DNA from: a virus
Taxonomy: Duplodnaviria; Caudoviricetes
Strand: one strand, 5' to 3'
Length of the DNA: 64,000 nt
Virus record (IMG/VR): IMGVR_UViG_3300010149_000008
In this document: one piece after another, positions 26,876-38,400 of the stretch
How the letters are laid out: every line of letters starts with the position of its first letter
How positions within the stretch are numbered: the stretch's first letter is position 1
Made by a program: the position numbers and the translations under genes
The notes under the pieces: generated by a model
What the model saw: only the letters and a program-made list of their open reading frames with translations
The model's database searches: none
What the model was told of the DNA's origin: nothing

Positions 26876-29800
26876 ATGTCAAATAACGATTTAGTTAGAG
26901 TAGAATTTGGAACAGTAACAAACACTGATGATCAAACCATATACAAAGATTTAAATGCCCAATCAGCAAACATAATAGGCACTGCTTTTAAAGGCCCAGC
27001 ATTTGTTCCCCAAGTTTTGTTTAACAGAGCAACCTTAAACGGTGAAATCGTTAGGAATACTATGACTAACGTTTTGGGCACTCATAGACAAAACTTTAGG
27101 GCACATCTTTTTGATGATTATCTTTGCTATCCTGATAGTGAAGCTTATGATGCTGCTTCTACTTGGTTTTCTGGTGGTGGAGAATATGCATATTTTACAA
27201 GAGTTTTAGGTATTGGTAGCGGCGTAAGAAGTAACACGACAGGCAAAATGATAGGTAGTGGATTTAATCTATCTAAAAATATTTCTAGCGGAACACTTGA
27301 TAATAAAATAGGAAGAAATATAAATGCAAATGATGGAGGTGATCCAGGTTCTGTTGGCTTTGTTGTAAGAAAAATTAACGAAGTTGGCAAATCAGATCCT
27401 ACTCCTGATGATTCAACACCTACAAATAATTTAGATTATTTTTCAGAATTAGGATTACCTGATAATTCTTTTATACTAACAGATGTTTATATGTTTGCAG
27501 GAGGCGTTTTGCCTGATTTCCCTTCAACAATATCAGCAGAAAATTCTACTAGCTATGATACAACTACTAAAAATTTTACAGATATAACTTCCCAATTTTT
27601 AGATGCTAGTCTTGATGACACTCAAAGATTACAAGATGTCTTGATGCTAAATTTTAATCCTTATCAAAGTATCAAAGAAGAAGAAGACGCAGAAACTGAT
27701 CTTAACGTTAAAAAGGCGTTTTCTATAAGCACTTCAAGTCAAAATATAAAAACAAAAGAAAACCATTATAACGACGCATCTAGAAGATCGAATCAGTTTT
27801 TTAATAATTTTATTAATAGAGGACATGTTTTATATTCAAAATACCCTACATGTGGTTTATCTGCAGTTGAAAATAAGACAGCTATATTAAATACTAGACA
27901 ATACCCACAAGATCCAGTCAACTATCCAGACTATAATTCTTTTGAATGTGAGTACCAAACAGCTAAAACACCATGGGTTACTTCACAACCTATCAACAGA
28001 TCAGGATTTAGTACTGCTAATAATGACAATAGATTAAACATACACGATAAAGTTGTTGATTTGTTTAGACTTTGGTCGTTAGATGATGGAGAAATAGGAA
28101 ATCGATTTAGAATAAAAATAAACATTAAAGAGTGTGGTGATACTAGTTACGTAAAGCCTAATAAAGTTGATCCTGATTTTAATATCTTAAAAGCAGATGA
28201 TGACATGTATTCTTCTTTTGACCTGTATATTTTTGAATATGACCCTAGAGTAAATGCTTATATTGATTTACAAGTACCTGATGGTGATGACGGTTCTGGT
28301 AGACTTTATAAACCTGTAGAAACTTATCTTGATTTAAACTTAAACCCAGACTCAGACAAGTATATTGGACGTGTTATAGGGACAAAGCATACATTTTATG
28401 ATTTTGATAGTGACATGATAAAAGTTACAGGCAAGTATGAAAATAAAAGCAAATATTTAAGAGTAGAAATACATGAAGATATAGAGGCAAAAAAGTATGA
28501 CACAGAAGATGGACCTATACAACATCGATTATTACCAGCAGGATTTAAATCTTACCCACATATTGAATTAAACAAAGCTGCTTTTAGTGGACATTACAAC
28601 GCAGGTGATACACCTATAACTACAACTCAGCTAGACAATATTTTTGTTGGTGAAAAGGTTTATCATTTGCCGCCACAGTATGCTTTACACTATCACATTG
28701 ACGATGCACTTGCTTCTGAAGGTGGTGATATACAAAACAATTGGGGTGTATTGTTTTGCCCGTCGATGTTAGAAAATACTAATAATAAGTTTTTTTTAGA
28801 CAGAGTGCAAGAAGAAAATAGAGAATCTGGCGGTACTGGTGAAGAACATGTTTTTCCTCTTTCACCTCATTTTTACTATTCAAAATATTTCTTATCAGGA
28901 ATTCAGGAAACAAACGCAGACGGAGATCTAGTACAATCACTAACAAAAAACGTGTGGATTGAAGAAAATAACTACTTAAATTCATTTTTTCACTTAGAAA
29001 AGATCGTTTTTAAAAATGAATTAGATACCGATAGCGTACTAATAAGTTCTTTTGTAGGTGATGAAAGAAAAGATATGAGTTATAAACATTCTGGAAGAGC
29101 AGTAATAGGTAATGACAATTACGAGTACATAAATTTATCAGAGGACAATAGTTTAATATGGGACAATAACAATAGACTGTTAAAAGATAAATTTAGAAAT
29201 AAGCTTTCTTTTGACTTTTTTACTTACGGTGGCTTTGATGGAGTTGATTTAAGAGATAATGATAAAAGGTTGTTAAGAAATGATGCAATAATAAGAGAGA
29301 TAGCAGGTGAAGAACAAGGATCAGAAACAAATGGTGCAACATATAATTCATATAAAAAAGCAATAAGCATAGCAACAGACGATGCATATACTACAGCTGA
29401 TCTTTTAGTTGTTCCCGGGATTAAAGAAATACCGCTGATTAGACAATGTGTAAATGCTTGTGAAGACTCAAGAACACAAGACATGTTTTTTATAGGTGAC
29501 GTTTCTGGTGCATGCTCTTCAGTCGACATAACTTTTGCAAATCAAACAATTGTTCTAGTTGAAGATGCAACGCCTGATGATGAAATTGACAATAATGTTT
29601 ATAGTAATAAGCCTGTTAAGGTTTCGAAAGGTGTAATGGGCAATTATACAATACTTAATAGCAATTTAAACAACAGTTACAGAAGAGACACATCAAAAAC
29701 AAGAGCTGAAGGTAGATTTATTCTTACTGATAAGAATGTTCCTTTATTGGGAGATGTACAAACATTTTATTCTTATAAAAATGTAGTTAAAAGTCAATTT

Positions 29801-30571
29801 AATAATATAGTAAATTTATGGCCAACATTTTTTATTGAAAGCAGATATTTTCTACCTGTATTAGGTGATGTTATTGCAACTAATGCAGATAGTGAGTTAG
29901 ATAAAAAGATTGGACCAGAAACTGTTGCCTTAGGATTGATTGCAAAAAATGGTCTAAGAGATAGTTTAGTTAATTCAACTACACCTTCTTTTTTAGAAAA
30001 CTTTAATGTTAGCATGCGTCTATTAGATGATGTAAACTTAAATGCAAGAGACATTAATTTTGAAACAAATTCTGATCGTGCAAAAAAAGCAGGAATAAAT
30101 TTGTTGTATAACAATACTGAAGCAGATACATTTAAGCTATTGAGTCAAAATACAGCTTATGTAGAAAGAGGATCTTTGTTCAAAGATCAAGGTGTTGTAA
30201 GAACAATTCAGCAAATTAAAAAAAGAATAATGTTTGACATGTTTTTAAATCAACAGTTTGTTGAAGGAGGATTCTTTTTTGGACAGAATTCTAATTTAAC
30301 AAATATGTATCAAAAGCTAGAGATACAATTAAACAATATACTGACTACTTTTATTGAAGAAGGTTTGATTACAGACTATAAAGTAAGAATACCACAAAGT
30401 GATGATGATCAAACTATGTTAGATATGCAAAACTATATACTTAGAGGAAATATTATTTTACAAATGGGCATCTCAGATACAATAGACATAACACTAGACG
30501 AGATATTACAAGATCTGAGTTTGACTGCAGATCCAGTCAATGGTGCTGTTTTAGTACCTAGAATACCTTGA
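26876..30571 (+). CDS. Tail sheath protein 3 (divergent paralog)
   Basis: IIGTAFKGPAFVP, AKTPWVTSQP, LFRLWSLDDG, LNPDSDKYIGRVIG, TYGGFDGVDL are shared with sheaths 1 and 2; C-terminal motifs are degenerate. Confidence 0.85.
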   Translation: MSNNDLVRVEFGTVTNTDDQTIYKDLNAQSANIIGTAFKGPAFVPQVLFNRATLNGEIVRNTMTNVLGTHRQNFRAHLFDDYLCYPDSEAYDAASTWFSGGGEYAYFTRVLGIGSGVRSNTTGKMIGSGFNLSKNISSGTLDNKIGRNINANDGGDPGSVGFVVRKINEVGKSDPTPDDSTPTNNLDYFSELGLPDNSFILTDVYMFAGGVLPDFPSTISAENSTSYDTTTKNFTDITSQFLDASLDDTQRLQDVLMLNFNPYQSIKEEEDAETDLNVKKAFSISTSSQNIKTKENHYNDASRRSNQFFNNFINRGHVLYSKYPTCGLSAVENKTAILNTRQYPQDPVNYPDYNSFECEYQTAKTPWVTSQPINRSGFSTANNDNRLNIHDKVVDLFRLWSLDDGEIGNRFRIKINIKECGDTSYVKPNKVDPDFNILKADDDMYSSFDLYIFEYDPRVNAYIDLQVPDGDDGSGRLYKPVETYLDLNLNPDSDKYIGRVIGTKHTFYDFDSDMIKVTGKYENKSKYLRVEIHEDIEAKKYDTEDGPIQHRLLPAGFKSYPHIELNKAAFSGHYNAGDTPITTTQLDNIFVGEKVYHLPPQYALHYHIDDALASEGGDIQNNWGVLFCPSMLENTNNKFFLDRVQEENRESGGTGEEHVFPLSPHFYYSKYFLSGIQETNADGDLVQSLTKNVWIEENNYLNSFFHLEKIVFKNELDTDSVLISSFVGDERKDMSYKHSGRAVIGNDNYEYINLSEDNSLIWDNNNRLLKDKFRNKLSFDFFTYGGFDGVDLRDNDKRLLRNDAIIREIAGEEQGSETNGATYNSYKKAISIATDDAYTTADLLVVPGIKEIPLIRQCVNACEDSRTQDMFFIGDVSGACSSVDITFANQTIVLVEDATPDDEIDNNVYSNKPVKVSKGVMGNYTILNSNLNNSYRRDTSKTRAEGRFILTDKNVPLLGDVQTFYSYKNVVKSQFNNIVNLWPTFFIESRYFLPVLGDVIATNADSELDKKIGPETVALGLIAKNGLRDSLVNSTTPSFLENFNVSMRLLDDVNLNARDINFETNSDRAKKAGINLLYNNTEADTFKLLSQNTAYVERGSLFKDQGVVRTIQQIKKRIMFDMFLNQQFVEGGFFFGQNSNLTNMYQKLEIQLNNILTTFIEEGLITDYKVRIPQSDDDQTMLDMQNYILRGNIILQMGISDTIDITLDEILQDLSLTADPVNGAVLVPRIP

Positions 30572-30592
30572 TATTGAGGAGAAATTTAATTT

Positions 30593-31441
30593 ATGAGCAA
30601 TTCTTTAGACACACCAATTAATCCAAACCAAATTAAAAGCGAAGGACCAATTCAGGTTTCTAACGTTATGAAAGATGATTTTGGTTTTGAGATACCCCAA
30701 GAAAGTGTACCTTTGCCTTCTAAAGGGATTATTTATCCTGTTGATGGACCACTTTATGGACAAGAAACAATTGATATTAGACCAATGACAGCAAGAGAAG
30801 AAGACATACTTACGTCTCGTGCTTATATTAAGAATGGATCTGTATTAACTAAGCTTTTAGGTTCATGTATCGTTAACAAAACAATTGACCCAGATAATCT
30901 GATTAGTGGTGATAGGAATGCACTTCTTGTTTCATTAAGAATTACAGGCTACGGAGCAGACTATGATGTCGAAGTTGATTGTCCTGAGTGTGGTACTAAG
31001 AGTAAACAAACTTTTGATTTATCACAGTTATCAATTAAAAGATTAGATGTTGAGCCTGTTATTGAAGGAGACAATCTTTTTGAGATTGAGCTACCTGTTA
31101 CAAAAAGAAGCGTTCGAGTAAAGTTCTTGACTGGCCATGACGAGCGTGAAATGATGGTTATTAATGAAAGAAAGAAAAAGAGCGGAATGAAAGTTGAAAC
31201 TGCAATTACTGACAGACTAACACGTTCAATAGTTTCAGTTAATGGCATTACAGACAGAAATAAGCTTACTTTCTTTGTTAAAAACTTGCCAGCTCGAGAT
31301 TCTTTAGCTCTTCGAAGATTTCTAGACAAGCATGAGCCAGGAATTATAATGAAGTCTTGGATGAATTGCCCTTCATGTCATGAGCAAAGCGAGGTGGGCC
31401 TACCTATGGGAGCGTCGTTTTTTTGGCCTGACACCGAATAA
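30593..31441 (+). CDS. Tail/baseplate-hub assembly chaperone (T4 gp26-like)
   Basis: IDIRPMTAREEDILTS, DRNALLVSLRITGYG, CPEC and CPSC Zn-ribbon pairs, ends SFFW. Confidence 0.75.
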   Translation: MSNSLDTPINPNQIKSEGPIQVSNVMKDDFGFEIPQESVPLPSKGIIYPVDGPLYGQETIDIRPMTAREEDILTSRAYIKNGSVLTKLLGSCIVNKTIDPDNLISGDRNALLVSLRITGYGADYDVEVDCPECGTKSKQTFDLSQLSIKRLDVEPVIEGDNLFEIELPVTKRSVRVKFLTGHDEREMMVINERKKKSGMKVETAITDRLTRSIVSVNGITDRNKLTFFVKNLPARDSLALRRFLDKHEPGIIMKSWMNCPSCHEQSEVGLPMGASFFWPDTE

Positions 31442-31652
31442 TAAAGATTTATATTTGGAACAAATATTTATCTTAATGTATCATCTAGGCTTTACGTATT
31501 ATGATGCTTATAAGTGCCCCGTCTGGCAAAGGTTTTGGTTTATAAATAGATTTAAGAAGGAACTAGACGTAGCTAAAGAAAACAATCAAAATCCATACTC
31601 AACATCAAAAAGAAATAATAGCGGAAGTAGATCATATCGTAAAGCTTTTTAA
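31380..31652 (+). CDS. Short chaperone partner (gp51-like); probably made as a frameshift extension of the previous ORF
   Basis: EQIFILMYHLGFTYYDAYKCPVWQRFWFI; overlaps the previous ORF in the +1 frame across a T7 run at 31418-31424. Confidence 0.6.
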   Translation: MSKARWAYLWERRFFGLTPNNKDLYLEQIFILMYHLGFTYYDAYKCPVWQRFWFINRFKKELDVAKENNQNPYSTSKRNNSGSRSYRKAF

Positions 31653-31686
31653 TATATAATTACAATAAAGGATTAGAGGCTTTTAA

Positions 31687-31944
31687 ATGAAATACATTAA
31701 CGAAAAAGAATTGTTTTTACATAATATTGCAGCAAAATACATCATAGGCGAAAATGTTGAAGTTGAGCTAGATGGAAACTATGCTGAGCTTGTTTGTCTC
31801 AAAGAACTACTTGATATTTCTAAAGAACTAAAAATTTCATTAGATGAATGTAATTCTTTAGACGTCATTATAGACATAATGCAAAAAAAGAAAGATATTA
31901 CATGTAAATTTGAAAGCTTAACAGGTATTTCCTGGAGACTCTAA
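31687..31944 (+). CDS. Small hypothetical protein before the tape measures
   Basis: 85 aa with SD; TAATG coupling to the next gene. Confidence 0.55.
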   Translation: MKYINEKELFLHNIAAKYIIGENVEVELDGNYAELVCLKELLDISKELKISLDECNSLDVIIDIMQKKKDITCKFESLTGISWRL

Positions 31945-34900
31945 TGAACGTTATTCAACAACAGCTAGATGTATCAAAAAGTCTGCTTTCTGCATTAGAT
32001 TCTTTGCTCACTTCTTACGGAGGCTTATCAGCTAAAAGTTCTGATCAGACTCAGATTGCTTCTCAAGCTGTTGAAAACATGGCTAGTCAGTCTAAAAAAA
32101 TTGATCAAGCTGCTTCAAAGTCTCAAAGCATGTCAAACGAGTTAAACGAAGTTGCTAATACAAAATCTGTTATTGATAATATAACATCAAATAGCAAAAA
32201 AGTTAGTACAGACATTTCACAAAGTATGGAAACAGCAGCTAAGTCTGTAGATAAATCAAAAATAGATATATCAAAGTCTTCTATGCAATCTAAAAAGTCA
32301 AATGAAGATATTTTAAAAACAGGCGACTTGCTTAATGCTACAGGTGATATACACAAAAACTTAGACAAGACAAGCAAAGAAATTTTAGAAATAAAAGATA
32401 CTGTTAAAGGACAGTCTACTTTATTAAAAGTATGGACTAAAATAGTATCAATGCTAGTTAAGGTAAAAGATGCGCTATTTACAGGTGGCTTATCTTTATT
32501 TAAAGATATACCAATGATGTTAATTAATTTTGCAAAATCAGCATTAAATATTTTTACATCTTTAATAGGCTCATTGACAAAATTTCTTGCATTTACAACC
32601 ACACTACCTTTTACAATCGCAAAAATTGCTGTAGGTATAGGTAATCAAATAAGAACTGATTTAGTTGAAACTATACAGGGTGCTGGTGAAGAAGCAAAAG
32701 AGTCTTTTGATTTAACATCAGCTATTGGTAAAAATGCAGATAAAATGACACAAACTGCTAAGGGCCTTCTTAAAACTTTTCAAAACCCTAAGTCTAGACT
32801 AGTAAAACTTTTTGGTCTAGGCGCTTCAGGTGCTGCAACATTTCTCAAAGAAACTTTTAAAGCTGTCGATGATATGGGTCACTATGCTGAAATTTTTGGT
32901 CCATCTATCTTAGGGAGTACAGAGAACGGTCAATTTGTTATAGAAATGCAACGAGCAATGGGAATAGGCTCAAAAGAAATGGCATATTACGCACTAGAAG
33001 CATATAACGCAGGTGAGCATCCTATTGATACTCTTACTAGAACTAGTGAAGTTATAAAAGCTGTTGCTGATAGGAATGATCAAGACTTTAAAGCACTTAC
33101 AAAAGACTTTCATGCACTTAGGACAAATATATCTGAATTTGGACATTTATCTTCAAATGAAATTGCTGATTTGACAGGCAAACTTAGGTCAATGAAAGTT
33201 AAAACAGAAGATGCTGTTAATGTATTTAAAAAGTTTACTACTTTTGAAGAAGCTGCAAAAACTTCTGCAATGCTTTTTCAAACTTTTGAAATGAACATAG
33301 ACGCATTTGATTTATTAAATTCAAGAGATCCAGGCGAAATGCTACAACAATTTAGAGACGCAATGTTTCAGTCAGGCAAAGCGTTTAAAGATCTAAATAG
33401 ACATGAAAAATCTTTAATGGCATCTATAACAGGAGTATCTGAGCAAGGTCTTTCCTCATTAATGAACTATATGAATTTAGGATTAACTCAAGACGAAGCT
33501 AGAAAAAAGCTAGAAGCTCAAGATCCAACTAAAGAACAAGAAAAAATGATTAAAGGTCTAACTTCTACAATAAAATTAGTTCAAAAAACAATGACTTTTT
33601 CAAACCCATTCCAAGCTTTCTTTGCAGGTCTAAGCGACAACGCAATGAACCAAAAAGAGTTGCAAAAAAAATTAATTTCTTTAAGCACAATATATTCTAA
33701 AATTAGAGATATGGGAGCTAGCTTAAATTTATCAAGTGTAAGTGCAGCTTTAAATCCAATAATCAAGGTTTTAAAAAATTTCGATGAAACAGTAAACGGT
33801 GACGGATTTAAAAAAGTCATGGCGATAACAGTAGGTACTGCTAGCAGATTTTTAACACATTTTTCTCATGATATAGAAACTGATCCTAATAAGCTTAAGA
33901 CAATAAACAAGATGTCTGTAGAAGAGAGAGTCAATGAACTCTATAGAGATCTTAGCAGCATGACAAGTTCTGGCGGTTCTCTCTTTCAAAACATGGTTAC
34001 AGTTGGTGGAAAAATAATGGGTGGAATTATTAAAGGTGCAATTTACGGAATTACTGCAGCATTTCATTTATTAGCAGGAGGCACAGATAAGGCAGTTACA
34101 TCGTTAGGTCTTACAATGACAGATCAAATGAAAGAAGATGCTGCTAAAAAAGGAATTCCAGTAAAAGAATACACAATATTAAATTGGTTAGGCATTAGCG
34201 AAAATGATGCTGATGGTATAAGTAATTCATTAGGCACAGCTGTAGGTGACTTTGTAACAAAACTGCCTTCTTTGATGTCAATGGCTTCTTCAGTTTTAGA
34301 AGATTTGTCTGAAGTACTATTACAATTTGCAGGTTCTTTGTTAGGAATTCTTGGTAGCATGACTTCAGAATACTATGACAGCTCAAATAGATTTACACAG
34401 GCAGGTCTTAGAGCAATGGGTTTTGATATTGAAGCAGCAAGATATGCAAAAGACGGTGTTGGTTCTGGAGAAAGTCTAAATATGGACATGTCAGAGCTTA
34501 TAAGTAAAACGCATGTAAAAGGAGAGTTAAAAGAAGGTTATATAGGCACATACATAAGTTATATCGAAGACTTGCAAAAATCATTTCCTCAAGGATCTCC
34601 TGCTCATAACTTTTTAAACAGTCCAAAAACTTCTCAAAATATAAACTATATTAAAAATACTGGAAATTTTAAATTTGATACGCTTGGCAGTATAATTGAT
34701 GATGCAGAAGAACCGCAAAGAGCACAGGCAATACTTGACATAGCAAAGAACGCATACAAAGTAAACTCTTATATGCCTTACGAAGTTTTCAATTTGTTTA
34801 AAGGAGTTGAAAATAAACCGAAGTGGTACGATAAAGATGCTAATTTTGCGAATAAAAAATCAAAAGAACTATCAAATGCTTTAATAAAAGGACCAGATAT

Positions 34901-35429
34901 TGATGGACATTATAGCAGTGATGAAAATTTAGTCTTTAGTTCTGCAAATAATGTAATTAAGTCTCAAGGTCTTGCAATTAATACTTTACAAAGACTAATT
35001 GATTCTAAAAAAATTATTAATAATAAAGGAAAATACGAATTGCCTCAAAGCGTACAAGACTTAGAGTACACAGGTAAAAATACAGTTCTTGTTACACCTG
35101 ATAAAAATTATTTTTTAGATGATTTTGACACAGTATTAGCAGCTAAAAAAGGCGGATTTTTAAATAACTTGTTTATTGGATTAACAGACTACTTCGGTCA
35201 GTCAAAAGAAATTAGTGAAATAAAAATTATAGGTTTAAAAAAAGAGCTAAACAAAGCTGAAGCTTCTGTAAACAAACTTTCAGACAATATTTTAGATAGA
35301 AAAAGTTTGGACTACGAAGCAGACGAAGAAGATTTTGTTAAATTGTTTGATTTATATGACAATATAATAAGTATAATTACAAATAAAGAAAACAAACCAG
35401 TAAAGACAAAAGTAGCATTTGACGTATAA
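31944..35429 (+). CDS. Tape measure protein paralog 1
   Basis: Long helical Ser/Ala/Lys-rich ORF after the chaperones; core shared with the next gene (GNQIRTDLVE, TFEEAAKTSAMLFQTFEMNIDAFD). Confidence 0.7.
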   Translation: MNVIQQQLDVSKSLLSALDSLLTSYGGLSAKSSDQTQIASQAVENMASQSKKIDQAASKSQSMSNELNEVANTKSVIDNITSNSKKVSTDISQSMETAAKSVDKSKIDISKSSMQSKKSNEDILKTGDLLNATGDIHKNLDKTSKEILEIKDTVKGQSTLLKVWTKIVSMLVKVKDALFTGGLSLFKDIPMMLINFAKSALNIFTSLIGSLTKFLAFTTTLPFTIAKIAVGIGNQIRTDLVETIQGAGEEAKESFDLTSAIGKNADKMTQTAKGLLKTFQNPKSRLVKLFGLGASGAATFLKETFKAVDDMGHYAEIFGPSILGSTENGQFVIEMQRAMGIGSKEMAYYALEAYNAGEHPIDTLTRTSEVIKAVADRNDQDFKALTKDFHALRTNISEFGHLSSNEIADLTGKLRSMKVKTEDAVNVFKKFTTFEEAAKTSAMLFQTFEMNIDAFDLLNSRDPGEMLQQFRDAMFQSGKAFKDLNRHEKSLMASITGVSEQGLSSLMNYMNLGLTQDEARKKLEAQDPTKEQEKMIKGLTSTIKLVQKTMTFSNPFQAFFAGLSDNAMNQKELQKKLISLSTIYSKIRDMGASLNLSSVSAALNPIIKVLKNFDETVNGDGFKKVMAITVGTASRFLTHFSHDIETDPNKLKTINKMSVEERVNELYRDLSSMTSSGGSLFQNMVTVGGKIMGGIIKGAIYGITAAFHLLAGGTDKAVTSLGLTMTDQMKEDAAKKGIPVKEYTILNWLGISENDADGISNSLGTAVGDFVTKLPSLMSMASSVLEDLSEVLLQFAGSLLGILGSMTSEYYDSSNRFTQAGLRAMGFDIEAARYAKDGVGSGESLNMDMSELISKTHVKGELKEGYIGTYISYIEDLQKSFPQGSPAHNFLNSPKTSQNINYIKNTGNFKFDTLGSIIDDAEEPQRAQAILDIAKNAYKVNSYMPYEVFNLFKGVENKPKWYDKDANFANKKSKELSNALIKGPDIDGHYSSDENLVFSSANNVIKSQGLAINTLQRLIDSKKIINNKGKYELPQSVQDLEYTGKNTVLVTPDKNYFLDDFDTVLAAKKGGFLNNLFIGLTDYFGQSKEISEIKIIGLKKELNKAEASVNKLSDNILDRKSLDYEADEEDFVKLFDLYDNIISIITNKENKPVKTKVAFDV

Positions 35430-35443
35430 AACAAGGATAAAAA

Positions 35444-38400
35444 ATGGCAGACGAAACAGAAAACAATCCTAATGATCCTAATTCAAGTAATACGTCAGCT
35501 ATAGATGCAAGTCAAACTGACTTGGCTAAAGAGCTAAATAGTGTTCTTGAACAAGTTGCAAACAGACTTGAAAAAATAAATGAAATTACAAAAAGTCAAG
35601 CAGACATGATGATTAACATGGCTCAGACATTCCAAGGTGTTCAAAGTAGTGTTTCAAATATGTCTCAAAGTGCTGAAATAATAACTGAAAGTATTGCACA
35701 AGCTGCTGAGACTGTTATAACTAATATTGATTCTCAATCAATGCAAAACGTTTCACAAAGTCTAGAGGAAGTAAGTGAAACTGCATCTAAAGGCTTGACT
35801 GCAAATTCAAAAAGCTTGACAGGCTTAAAAGAAAGTGTAACTAGCGCTGCAGCTAGCTGTCAAAGTGTGTCTGAAAGTTTATCTGGTGTTAGCGATGACA
35901 TAAGCGGTAACATGTCACAAATTAGTGATGACATACTGACTTTTAGAGAAAATACAAAAGGTTTAAAAGTAGAATCAAGAAGCTTTGTTGAAGCAATTAA
36001 AGAGTTAGATGAAAAAATATCCAATTTAGTAGGAGGTATTGCGTCTACATTTAAAAATATATTTATGGGTGCTTTTGGCATGATAAAAACTGTTGTAAGC
36101 TCTATAGGTTCTCTTGTAGGCGCTGCAACTCAATTTGTTAAATTTTCTTTAACAATACCTTTTACCATAGTGCAAGAAGCTGCAAAGCTAGGTAATCAAA
36201 TAAGGACAGATCTTGTAGAAGTCATTCAACAGTCTGCCGAAGATCTTAAAGAAAGCTTTGACTTTGAATCAAGCATAGGCCAAGGAATTCAAGAAATGAC
36301 TGCTAGAGGAAAAGGAATGCTATTAGAATTCCAAAACCCATCAAGCGAGTTAGTCAAGTTATTTGATATGGGTGCAAGTGGTATTGCTAATATGATCAAA
36401 GAAGTTGGGACAAATGTTGCTGCAATGGGACATTTTTCTGAAATATTTGGAAGAAGTATTATGGGCGACGAAAAAAGACTTAAAAATTTTACTAAAATGG
36501 TTAGAGGTTTTGGTTTTTCTTCAGAGGACATCCAGTATATGGCGTTAGATGCATCAGTCAACTTAGAGCATATTAATGTTAGAATGGCAAAGTTAGGTGT
36601 AACTTTAGAATCAACAGCTAAAGAGTTTGGTGTTGATAGAAAGAGGCTTTCAAAAAACTTTATGATCATGCGTAAAAACATTACGCAATTCGGTCACCTG
36701 TCAGATGAAGAAATTGCTTCAACAACAGCAAGATTAACGCAAATGAGAATTAAGCTAGAAGACGCTGTCGCTGTATTCGATAAGTTTAAAACTTTTGAAG
36801 ACGCTGCAAATTCTGTTGCAATATTATCACAAACTTTTGGTATGAATCTCGATGCGTTTGATATGATACAAGCTAAAAATCCAGAAGATATTATTAATAT
36901 GTTTAGAAATTCTATGCTTGAAACTGGCAGGGCTTTTGAAGATTTAAATAGGTTTGAGAAAGACTTGATGGCACAGCATACAGGAATGTCTGCAGAGTCT
37001 TTAGCAGCGCTTATGAATTATAGAGACTTAGGTTTAACACATCAAGAAGCAGTTGACAAAATGGCTTCTGAAAGACCTGAGGCTAAGCAAATGGCTTCAC
37101 TTAAAAAACTTAATAGCGCAATAAAAGAAGTTCAAAAAGTCATGACTTTCGATAGCCCTTTTAAAGCATTTGCATCAGGTGTCGCAGATAGCACAACTCT
37201 TACGGGAGAACTAAAAGATGTAATGGTTTCTCTAAGTCAAGGATACGAAGGAATATACAATTACGCTAAAAAACTAGATCCTAAAACATGGAGTGGACTA
37301 GTTAAACCTATAAACAGTATTATTAATATAATGTTAGGAATTTTTAAGAGTAAAGCATTTAAAGGAGGACTAACAAAAACTGTAGAAGTTATGTCTCATT
37401 TCATAGGTCAGCTTTTTAATTTTGATGAACCTACAAAAGCTTTACAAAATAGTGCAGTTGCAGCATCAAATGCAGGTAAAGAGCTAAGTGATGGAATGAA
37501 ATCAATTGGCGCAGCAAATGAAAAAAATGTAGGTGTCTTAGTCAATTTGAGTGGTAGAATAATGGGTGGTATTATTAAAGGAGCAGCAATTGGCTTTACA
37601 GCATTACTAATGACTGCAAATGATGGTATTGACACGCTTAAAACAAAGATGGATGCAAGAAACCCTTATAAGAACATAATTGAAACGTTTTTTGGATGGA
37701 ATCCGGGTGATGTTACAAAAATGGGCGACTCATTAAAGAATGCAGTTACTGACTTCTTTTCAAAGTCAGACGGTATGATTAGTTTAACCGGTTGGTTAAT
37801 GGAAGGCTTTGGTGATATTTTTGAAGTAGTTATTGGCATTTTTGGAGGTGCTCTAGCTGCTGGAATTGATAAGATTTTTGGTACACAATTTGGTGCAAAG
37901 CCAAGTGTTGCTTTAGCACAAACTTCTTTGAAAAGTCAAAGAAAACCAGCTAGTGAAACAATGCAAGAAATATCTGAAACTTTAGGTAAAGAAGGGACAG
38001 TTAATAGAAAAAATCTAGCTTCAATGATACACGACTTAAATGACAGAGCATCAACTGTAACTGACAAAGGACAAAAAGCACAGCTACAAACTGTAATAGA
38101 AAGTCTTAAGACAAGATTTACAGAAGAAGGTAATTCTGAGGATGATTTTAGAAATATTGCACTTCAAACAGCTGCAGTTATGCAAGGAATAAGTCAAGGT
38201 GCTTATAAAGGAAGAGATCTTTCTACTATACAGCAAATTAATGCACAAGACGATTTTGCAAACGCTGATGATCATGCTGTACATGGTAATATTGCAACTG
38301 CAGGTTTAGCAGGCGCTGGAGGAGTGCTTTTAGCTTCAAAAATGGCAGCAATGCTTCCGTTCCTTTCAGCAATACCTGGTGTTAATGTAGTTGCAGCAGG

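Noticed and set aside
18223-30571. Interpretation as a bacterial eCIS, tailocin or T6SS locus because of the multiple sheaths
   Set aside because: Capsid, scaffold, neck and a full replication module are linked, so this is a phage.
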